Shown: positions 23,795 through 34,614 of the stretch, in pieces
How positions within the stretch are numbered: position 1 is the first letter of the stretch
Layout of the letters: every line of letters begins with the position of its first letter
Assembly: GCA_000697335.1 (NCBI GenBank)
Contig: JNEM01011182.1
Span: forward strand, 1 to 34,614
Reading direction: 5' to 3'
Length of the DNA: 34,614 bases
Origin: Conidiobolus incongruus B7586
Lineage: Eukaryota
Notes under the pieces: model-generated
Databases searched by the model: none
Told to the model about the DNA's origin: nothing
The model's input: only the letters and a program-made list of their open reading frames with translations
Position numbers and translations under genes: made by a program

Positions 23795-25080
23795 ACCAAA
23801 TTTTTTAACTTCTAATTTTTCAAATATATTTTTAGTTATCAAAAATTAATTATATAAAGAATATACAAAAAAATTAATATTTTCAATTTATATATATTTC
23901 ATTGGTAGTTATTTTGTCTTTAAAACATTTTTAATTAAAAATCTAAAGCTAGATTTAATTATATTTAAATTAAATAATGATCATCAGAAGTTTTTTATTT
24001 TAATATTATTAAAACTTAACCATAAACATTCTAAAACCATTGAAGATTTATAAACAGCTTATAAAGATAAGGTTTTATTTAAATACATCATTTAATATTA
24101 AATTCACTATTACAATGTTAGAAAGGATATTATTCTAAATTTACCTAAATTTAAAACATTAATTTCTATTATAATTGTTACATTAATTAATAAAACAGAG
24201 AAATATATTAAAAATCACCTTTTTATTTCAATTAGAGAATTATCTAAGCAATTTAATTTGAATAATAGAAGTATATTGTATATATTCAGGTTTAAGCTTA
24301 AAATAATTAATAAAAATATAAAATAAATATTATATAATTTAACAAAATTTAAAAAACTAAAGTAGTTATAGATAAATTAAAATTATTGAAATATTATTAA
24401 AAGAATAGTTTTTTACAATAGATTATTATAGTTTATAAATCTTATTTTATATAATATTTTACTTATATATATATATATAAATATTAGGTTAAGTTAAAAC
24501 AATCCCCTATATAAATTCTAATAAACAAATATTCTATTAATAAACAAAATATTAATTATTATAATAAATTATAACAGTATATAGTTTTCTTATTTAATTT
24601 TTAATATTAAACTAATTAATAAAAAGTTTTATATTTTTTTAAATAACACTATCTTTAATTGGTTTATTTATTATAAATGAAAAAATATCCATTATTTTAC
24701 ATAATAAATATAAAATATATAAAGTTTAACTTGTAAAATATTTTCAATATTGAAAAACTAGAAAATGTTATTATATTTAATACATTTATTAGATTATAAC
24801 TTATCTGATTATAATTGTTTTAGGCAATTAACAATTATACTTACAAGAAAAAAATTCTTGCAAACAAATTATATTTGTTAGTAAAATAACAAATTTCAGT
24901 CTTTAATAAAAGATGCTATTTTTTAAATATTAGAAGCTTGCCAAAAATATAGCAAAGAGCTATTAATAATAAAAGAGAATATTAATTCTATATTATATAT
25001 TAATTTTTATAAATCATATCAATATTTTTATTATATTTTAATTTTAAAATTGTGCCATTATTTAATTTCTATGTTAATAT
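23795..25080 (+). repeat. Copy B of the diverged direct duplication (partner 13920-15050)
   Basis: Same collinear blocks as copy A. Copy B often has A/T where copy A has G/C. Confidence 0.65.
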
Positions 25081-26410
25081 ATTAATCATTTGCATATAAA
25101 TATGTTATATTTGAAGTAAAAATTTTTTCATTATTGAGAATTAAATAGAATAATAGACAAAATAATTTGAATACAATATAACTTTTCAATATTATCAATT
25201 ATTATAAGGTTAATTATAATTAATTTGCTCTCTTTAATTACTGTGAGAAATTCCAGTATCTTCAAAACTATAGATATATAATTCAGTATTAGTAATTATC
25301 CAATCATTTGGAAATTTTCCTAATTTAATCGATAACTTTTAAGTGAATATATCAAGAACACTAATTCTAGAATTATCTTTGTTTAAATTGAACCAATAAT
25401 AATGGTGCACTTCCTCTTAAGTATAATGATAATATTTGGAAATCCCTTGATGTTTAGTACCATCGATATTAACATATTCTGGATACTTAACGTGTAACTG
25501 ATGATGAATTAAATATCTACTATCTTGATGCTTACCTGTCAAAAACAATATTCAATCTGCTAAGCGTATTACTTCAGATTCGTCATCATCATGTATTGTT
25601 CTCATTAACACTCAATTTTCTAACATTTTAAAATATTTTTTTGATATATCAAATTTATAATTATGCGATTAAGTTTAATTATTATTAGCTTGCACTTATA
25701 CATAACTTATAATTTTAAAATAATGTAACAATTAGTTAAGCTTCAGAGTTCGCCCAGAAAGGTGAATATACAAAACATATTCCCATCTGAGATATCTGAG
25801 CGATCTCACATATATTCTCGAGTTTGTGATATACATCATTTATCAAGTCATTGAATCCAGAAATATATATACCTATTGTTACTCTGGTACTTTTTCTGAA
25901 ATATAATGGCGTAAATTTGGGTTGGTTGAGATCATCGCATAAATGGTGTATGTGACGGTCTCAACAACCTTTAAAAAATATTGATAATATAGTTAATATA
26001 TAGTCATTCATTTAAACAAAATCCATAAACTTTGTAAACACAATGTTGTTTTGAAAATTATTGATTTAAAAGACTATAACTTTTAAAAAATATAAAGATC
26101 TTTCAATTTAAACCTATACAAATGGAAGCTAGTTGATTATTAGGTATTATAACAAACTTTAAAAAACTGTTTCTCATTTAATAGATTCAAAACAAATCAA
26201 GATTGATGTGAAGAGTCAAACAATAACAAATTTACTTGAAATTAATTTACTAAACAATTAAATGATAAGTCAATATTTCAAACTTAATAAAATTTACTGT
26301 ATTTTTTTTATAATTTTTTTTTCAATTTCGAATAAATCAATAAACAATATTAAAATGAATCTAGTTTCATATAATTATCATTTTAAAAAATACAAATACA
26401 GTATTTACTA

Positions 26411-27176
26411 TTAATACGCTTTAGGACGATCTTCAGAATCGTCGATAAAAAAACTTCGAATTTGTTGAGATATGCTCACTCTTCCCGATTTGGATTTGGC
26501 TCGGATATGAGGATCTATAAAGTAATAATTAATTATCTTAATGATTATATATAATATTTTTAAATTACTCGTAGATGGTAAACTAGTCAAGGGAGTGGTG
26601 CAGCTGAGTAAAAGACCAATTGGTACCAACCAAATAATGATAACAAAAAAGCACAACATTTCCCACGTCGTCAAATGTACTAAGGGGTGATTATAAGGTC
26701 TCGAATGTACTAAGAAAATTTCATAGAACCATAAGAAGTGGTTAATTAAAGTCATCGCTAATCCGAAAATTAATAGAAATCGAATTTTAGGGATTGAATG
26801 AATATTTACCATAAGTTAAAACGATTTCTAGGGATTCCACTTCCAATAGAGGAATTTTCTTGAGAGAGTACAAGAACAAAAACTGAGTAAGAAATGTGAT
26901 AGCGCTAGCAATTTTTGGGAAACCGCCAGTCACTGCTAATAAAAAACTTAAAACCATATTAATCTATTTTTCTTTCATTAGCTATCTGGAAATGATTAGA
27001 AAAATAATTATAACATTTACCCCTATTAATATTTTAAAAACCAGTTTGGACTTTTTAGGGAATTCTTCAATAAGGTCAGATATGAAGAAAAGACCTTGAG
27101 CGAAACAGATTAGAGTGAACCAAATTAACAGTCCTCCTCCTATTATGGATAATAAAAGAGTACTAAACCCTGCCAT
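26411..27176 (-). CDS. SVP26: Svp26/TEX261 (Erv26 family) ER-Golgi transmembrane adaptor, about 200 aa, 4 exons
   Basis: Exons 27176-27021, 26963-26810, 26757-26569 and 26514-26411 are separated by GT-AG introns of 57, 52 and 54 nt. Family motifs are ICFAQGLFFISDLIEEF, LINHFLWF and FFVIIIWLVPIGLLLS..LP. Confidence 0.85.
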
Positions 27177-29324
27177 CTGAGAATTCTAATTATTTATAAA
27201 ATTTTGCTTTAAATTATCAGAGTTTTTTATTTGTATATAATAAATTCAATATTTTATGGAATTTAAAATATTAGTTTAGTTGAATACAATAATACTTTTA
27301 ATTGTTGTTATTGGCCTTAACTGTAATTTATGAACTAGGGTTTGAGGTCGTAAATTATGGGTGTCATTTCAATATATGAAATAACAAAGATTGTCACAAT
27401 GTCTAAATTGACAGAAATTTTTAATTTTTATAGTTTTAGTATGAAAAGTATTATTAAATGATTTTATACTATTTAGATTAAAGGATTTTTAATTATATAT
27501 TCAATTCGAATCAAAAATATAATTTGACAATAATCACTAATATAAAAATTCATTTATAAGTTGATGAATATTAAAACTAAATTATAAAAACAGTTTAATA
27601 TATTGCTTTATAACAATAACTAAAACATTTCTAATAGAAATCTAATCATTTTCCAAATAAAACCTATTATACATTTTAATAAAATTTTCGAGCAAGTCAA
27701 GAATCAATTATCACCATAACAAACAATGAAATGTCTAAAAACTAAAAAAATCAATTAATACTCAGTAATATAAATTTTCAAATTTTTAACGAAATTTTCG
27801 AAATTTGCGCGGATATTTAACATTTTATTTTTTGATCATTTGATTAAAACAAGTAAAAATTTGAAATATTTCTTTTTTAGTATAGTCATAAAAACATTAC
27901 TAGAGAACTGACTGATTTCTAATAATAGACTATGTTAGCCAATTATTTTTTATCAAACATTTCTCGTAGTACAGTTTAATTTGATTACTTTTTTTAATTA
28001 TCATACCTGATATAGATAATTGGTTAAAATAAATTATTGATGACAATAACGATATTGGTTTCCAATATCAAGTTTATAAACAAATATGTTTATATTTTAT
28101 ATTATATTAACTTTGTTTTAGAATAAATATTATGGAATTTATTCACCACAATTTAATATTATTTTAAAATAAAAATTGGCGGAACATTGTCCAACTATTT
28201 AAATACTCAAAAAGGAAACTGAATCGAATTTGGTATGTTCTCTATAAATCTACAAATAGACTTTATCGTAGCTTTCTGAAATTTAAACCAATTTTAGAAA
28301 ATCACAATTATCAAAGCCAAAGAATAATGATATCATCTTTAAACATGGATTGATTACAGTTTCAATTCACAACGATGACACTAGTTATACTATTAATGAA
28401 ATCATTCTGACTTTTTGATACTTCTTTCTACAAAGATTGTAAGTAAAATATCGAAATCAAAAATATCTTTCAAGCTTTTTATTTTGTGTTAAGATTATTA
28501 TTGAATAGCAAGTAATCAATTTATTTTATACTGAATACTATTTATGGATTTGGAATAAATTGAACATTTAAATTGAAATCGAATAAATCCTGTTAATAAA
28601 CAAGATTTAAAGATGGTAAATACTGAAGAAAAGTTCTATTTTCATAGTTGTTATAAGAACGTGATTTTAATATAACTGTAATAAAGTGGCCAATATTAGC
28701 CAAAATATGGCTGCTAGTATGGGGGAGGAATTAATTAGATATTTTGGGCTTAATGAAAATGAAACTGTTAACGCTGACAAACCAATCGAATTAATGTTTG
28801 CTGTAGATTGAAATTGATCAATCTGTGACCTATAGCCAAATTTATATTTACACACTAGAATTAATAAATCTGCATGATAATAAAATCTAATCTGAGATAT
28901 TCATTCAATAAATAATAATCAGAGTGAAATATTCAACTCATAAATTTAAGATGCACATGAAAATATGTTAAATCTTAAGAGAATTTCCAATATGACCCCA
29001 ATTTTGCATTTATTAAATTTAACTAAGTCAGTATAAATAATGATTGAGGTAGATAGAATTTAAGAAATTAATGAAATGGGTTTCCAATTGAGTTATTCAT
29101 TGTAACACACAATTCAAAGAATACTATCATCAGCCTTATCACAATCCATTCATCAAATTCTAATTGGTATCAATTTAATAATTCTAATATAAAGTTCTTT
29201 GTTAATTTTTATATTGTGTTATTAATTATTTTTTTACTATTTTAAATTTGCCAAAATAACTCTAAAAAAAAGATTCAGAAATTCAATTCGCTTAAAATTC
29301 AATTCGGTTAGTTCTAAAACTAAG

Positions 29325-32300
29325 ATGAGCGAGTTACCAAATAATGTCGACCAATTGAGTTTGGGTGGTCACTCTCCAACTGCCAGTGTGCTCACAGTCC
29401 CTAATACTACCGAACCTGAAAGTACAATAGAACTAGCCTATTTATTATTGACTATATTGATTTTATTATTTAATATTTAGATCCCGAAGCTGCTTTAATT
29501 CATTTTAAAATGCTGGAAGCTTTGAGAACAGGTATTTTTATTTATATAACATTCCGATTCGTCTTATTTAATATAATATCAATCAGAAAATATTGATCAA
29601 ATTCAAGAACTTTGGACGAATTGGCCTAAAAACAAAGAAGGAGGTTATACTACACCCCTTCATCTTTCTGTATTATCTTCCGATTTACAAGTTAACAAGG
29701 CCGTATTAGCTTTACCTGACCTAGATATCAATCAGCAAGATTCTTTGGGGAATACTGCTCTACATCAAGCATCAAAAGCTGGACGACTTGCTGTTGTCAA
29801 ACTCCTTTTGGAACAACCTAATATTAATGACTTTTTGGACAATAAGGCAGGTCGTAATATTGTTGATGTTGCTAAAACTAACGATATTATTCAATTAATC
29901 CATGGTAATATATAAATTAACTATGTTGTTATTTTTTTATTTAAAGTACAATTTTTTACTAATATTTTTGAATTTTATTAGATAATAGAAAACAATTCAT
30001 TCTTGATCGTACAGTGTTTTTAGAAGCTCATCTATCTCAACCTACACAGCAAAATTTGGCTCAAATTGTTCAATTCTTCACAACGCATCCTCGCCATTCT
30101 TTACTCGATGTAAATCATCGCCATCCTTTGACCGGTTACACCGCTCTACATCTTGCTACTTTGTTAGATGATGCTAATCAAGTTTCCAAACTTCTTTCAG
30201 TTGGCGCCAATGCTTTCTCGAGAGATAAAAAAGGCAAAACTCCCATCGATTTAGCTAAATCTGATCAAGTCAAGACAATGTTAAAGAGTAAGATTTAAAT
30301 TCAAAAATACGAAACTGGTTGATTAATCTTCCGACTTGTTATAGATTCTAATGCTAATTTAATCATCAATGAACCTGGCCACGCTCCTCGTATGGAAGGT
30401 GTCTTGAAGAAATGGACCAATCTTGCTGGTGGTAACAAAAATAGATGGTTTGTCTTGGAAAACGGTATTCTTTCTTATTACAAGAGTAGAGAAGACACTG
30501 CAAATGCTTGTCGTGGATCCATTAATGTGATGAATGCTCATTTAAAACTTGATCCCAATGATCCTTGTAAATTTGATGTGATCGGAAGAGATTCTACAAG
30601 ATTCCACTTGAGAGCTAACACTTTATCTGAAGCAAAGCAATGGATTATGGGTATTACTACTGCCAAATCACAACAAAATCCTGTATTGCGCAAAGAGCAT
30701 CTTGGTACTGTGAATCTTGACAAGAACTCAAGTTCCACTGACAGTCAAAACTACTTGGCAAGTCCCTCTCTCGACCGTCTGTTCAACTTTTCTAACAATG
30801 GTAAGTCATCTCCACTCAATATTGATCGAGAAAAAGCTTCAATTCACTCTGAAGAATCCGATATTCCCAATCGCGATACTATTGATATGAACGAACATTC
30901 TACTACTGTCCAATTTGATATTCTTGAAAAACTTTTGCTCTCTCTTAAGACCACTTTGAGCAAAGACCCTATTGATACTAACGAAGTTGATCGACTTTTA
31001 ACCGCCATTTCGCAGTCCCGTCAAACTCTATATACATCTCACCAAAAGATTGTTGAAATGTATCAACAAAGAGAAAACTACTGGCAACGCAAGTACCAAA
31101 AAGAAGCCGACCATAATGAACTCTGGAGTGAAAGTTTACGTACTTTAGCAATGGAGAATCAAAGCATTTTGGATGCTTTGGAAAAAACAAAAGCTCTTGA
31201 ATCAAAATTGGACAAATCCGCTAAATCTTCAGATAATGATGCTGCGCTAAACTCTATTCCTGAAGAACCTGTGGGTCCTTCTTTTGATGATGATGACAAT
31301 GATATTTTTTATGATGCTGAAGGCGATTCGGAATTCTTCAATACTGAAGATGAACAGCAACCCATCCACGAAGAACCAGCTGAAACTATTGAAGAGACTG
31401 AACAACCACAACAATTGGAAAAGACAATTTCTAAAAGTAGCACCACAGTTTCTGCCATTAAAACTTCCTTGGCCAAATCGTTTCAAGGTTATCCTACTGA
31501 GGGTAAATTCAGAACAAATCTCAAGTACTTCAAAGATGGTGCCAAGCCTCCAAGCATTTCTTTATGGGCTATTCTTAAAAATTCCATTGGTAAAGATTTG
31601 ACAAAAATCACTTTACCAGTATTTTTCAATGAACCTAGCTCAATGTTACAAAGAATGGCTGAAGATATGGAATATAGTCGTCTTTTAGATATTGCTAGTC
31701 GACAGGTTGGTAGTGCTGAAAGAACTATGTGGGTAATGGCCTTTGCTATGAGTAATTATTCAAGTACTGCTGGTCGTATTGCCAAACCTTTCAATCCTCT
31801 TTTGGGTGAAACTTTTGAATATTGTCGTCCTGATCTCGGCTACAGATATATCTCCGAGCAAGTTAGCCACCACCCTCCTATTAGTGCCTGTTACTGTGAA
31901 TCTCCTAATTATGTATTAGCCACTGAAGTTAATGTTAAATCTGCTTTCTGGGGTAAATCCTTTGAGATGATGCCCACTGGTGTTTGTCATGTATTCCTTA
32001 AAGTACATGCAGATAGAAAAGAAGGACAAGAAATTCCAGTTGAACACATCTCTTGGAAGAAGGTCACCACTGCTGTTACAAATTTAATTGTTGGTAACCC
32101 CACTATTGAACATTATGGTGATATGATTGTTACAAATCATAAGACTGGAGATGTCGTTAGATTAACCTTCAAGTCCAATGGATGGTTAAGCTCTGACCGT
32201 AATGTACTTGAGGGTGAAGTTACAAGTGCCCAAACTGGTAAGGTTGAATGGACATTAAGTGGTCATTGGGATAAATCTTTAATCGCCAAGCGCGTTGGAG

Positions 32301-32857
32301 TAAAGAATGTATCTCAATCTCTCGATGCCGATGCTCACTCAGATGCCACTAGCCATAAACTCTCAGAATTCTTAAAGGATCCTACAAGCTCTGATGTTGT
32401 CACATTATGGAAGCGTGCCCCCTTCCCCGAAAAGCCTTTACCTTTCAAATTGACTCCTTTCGCTGTCACCTTGAATGATATGCCAGATGACCTTAAACCT
32501 CTTCTTGCCCCTACTGATTGTCGCCTCCGACCAGATCAAAGAGCCATGGAAGAAATTAGATTCGACGAAGCTGCTGAAGAAAAAAATCGCTTAGAAGAGA
32601 AGCAACGCGCGGTACGCAAAGCTAAAGAAGCCGCCTTGCAAAACGCTCTTGCCCGCGCGCCTTCTTCAGAGCATGACGCTATCAAAAAATCATTTGCTCA
32701 CAAACCCAGATGGTTCAAGCGTGCCGTGGAACCCACTACTGGCGAAGAATGGTGGGAATTCAATCACGAGTACTGGCTCGAGCGTGAACGTGTTGCCCAA
32801 GAAAAAGCCAAGGGCAATATCGACGCTACTTGGAAAGACTGTCCCGATATTTTCTAA
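29325..32857 (+). CDS. OSH1: Osh1/Swh1-type oxysterol-binding protein (ankyrin repeats, PH, FFAT, ORD), about 1094 aa, 5 exons
   Basis: Exons 29325-29421, 29481-29531, 29587-29904, 29982-30287 and 30345-32857 are separated by GT-AG introns of 59, 55, 77 and 57 nt. Ankyrin motifs are TPLHL, GNTALHQA and GYTALHLA. The PH domain starts MEGVLKKWTN..RWFVLENGILSYY, the FFAT-like motif is IFYDAE, and the OSBP fingerprint is EQVSHHPP. Confidence 0.95.
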
Positions 32858-34614
32858 TTTGCTTATTATTCATCCTAATTGCTTAATTTTAACTATAATT
32901 TTTGGATCGAGTTCAAATTTCTTACATCCTATCACCCCTAAAATAAATCTTTTAATGTAATAATTGATTGTTTACAATAAAAATTATATTTTTCTTATGG
33001 ATTTTGACTTTTGATAGTTTTATGCTTCTGATAATCTGATCAATAGATTCTATTACTAAAATCATGTAATGACACTTTATTAATTGAATTAAATATAAAT
33101 TTCTATAAAATCTGCACAATAAATATATATATATATATTATATAATTAATATTTTTTTGTATTCACAACACTATTATATTGATAGCATACTTTTAACACT
33201 TATTAAACAACTTTTTTTATTAAGGACTAAAATTCAATATTTCACAAATTTAATCTTACGCAATTTTGCTTTCTTATAAGTATATCTCTTAGATGTTTAA
33301 AATAATAAAAATCACAATGGTTATAATCTAATCAATATATTAGTTGTAACTTTTTATATTTATTTTAATTCAGATATTTGTTGATATAACTAACTTATAT
33401 ATATTTTATAACTATTATGAAAAAACATCAAGTATCTTTATATTAGAAAACTAATTAAAAATTAATAATTTAATGTTTTTAAAATTAATAATTTTTACCT
33501 TTAAAATCTAAAAAGGATATATCACATTATAATTTATTATCAAAATTAACTTTTCTATTAATGTTTATATATTAGAATTAATAAAATTAATTGCTCTATA
33601 TTGATTTGATAATTTTTATTGATTTTAAACACAGGAAGATTATAAAAGGATTTATAATTTATTAAAATTATTTAATATAAGGGTTTGGGTTTTTAATGAT
33701 ATTTTGATAAATTTTGCTCAATAATGATTGCTTTAATTTTATTTAAGTCTTTATTTAATTATAGGATATTTATTTATACTATTATTAATTAACTCAGGTT
33801 ATAACTAAATATATAAAATATTTGTATAATTTATATTGAAATTTTTTAATTAAGCTTTAGCTATAATAATTAATAATTTTCAATTTATTTTTTAATTATT
33901 TAGTTTAAAAAATAAAAATAAATACTAATTTTTTAAAAAATAAATAAATTATGATTATTTTATCTTTTAGACTATAAAATAATAAAACTAATATTAAATG
34001 ATATTTTTTTAAATATTATTTTTTTAAATTACTTATAAATCAAAAAAAAAATTAAGATATATAATTAAGTTAATAATATTATAATATTAATCTTTTGATA
34101 TTTATTATTTAATTATCAAAACTATTAAATTAACAATATATAGTCAAATAAGTGTTTGTTAATAATAAGATTATATATATACTAGCTTATAAATTAAGTT
34201 ATAAAATTAAAATTACTTATATATTTACCTATATCTTAAATATTTTTTCATTAAATAAATTTAAATTAAAATATATAATTTTCCTATATTATTTGATTAT
34301 AACTAATTAAATTTAATTATATTTCATCAACTATTTGTTAATATATCAAAACTTAAAATTTAACTAAAATGAGTTATAAATTTAAAAATTTATAAGTTAA
34401 GGGGATATAAATATTATAATTTATATATATCATTTTTTATTGTTATATTATATATATTATAAAACTATTATATTAATATTTTGAAATTTATATTATAATA
34501 TTTAAATCTCTTTTCAAAAAAGTTTATTTATATATTAATTAACTTTATAATAAAATTAAATCAATTAATAAGATTGTTAAAATTATTAATATTAGCTAAT
34601 TTATTCTAATTAGG

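Noticed and set aside
30359..32960. Short ORFs overlapping OSH1
   Set aside because: Antisense or alternate-frame shadows. The separate 30014-30298 ORF is exon 4 of OSH1, not its own gene.
1..34614. CRISPR arrays, rRNA, spliceosomal snRNAs, intact transposons or telomeric repeats
   Set aside because: No regular repeat-spacer structure, no recognisable rRNA/snRNA motifs, no transposase or reverse transcriptase ORF, and no tandem telomere-like array were seen.

Overview
Very AT-rich eukaryotic genomic DNA with short (52-109 nt) canonical GT-AG introns, typical of an early-diverging fungus. The composition and gene style suggest Entomophthoromycotina/Conidiobolus-like, but that is an inference. 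Five recognisable genes are present: THO2 (minus, 3 exons), guanine deaminase (plus, intronless), VPS34 (minus, 4 exons), an SVP26/TEX261-family membrane protein (minus, 4 exons) and an Osh1-type ankyrin-PH-FFAT-ORD oxysterol-binding protein (plus, 5 exons). There is also an intronless 123-aa orphan ORF with a TATA box. The long spacers hold decayed sequence: a full-length inverted guanine deaminase pseudogene with a central tract far more similar to the live gene than its flanks (probable gene conversion), a degenerate tRNA-Val-like relic, a diverged ~1.1-1.3 kb direct duplication, and several eroded gene relics (F-box/LRR-like, trypsin-like, Zn2Cys6-like). I found no CRISPR array, intact transposon or convincing novel multi-gene system.
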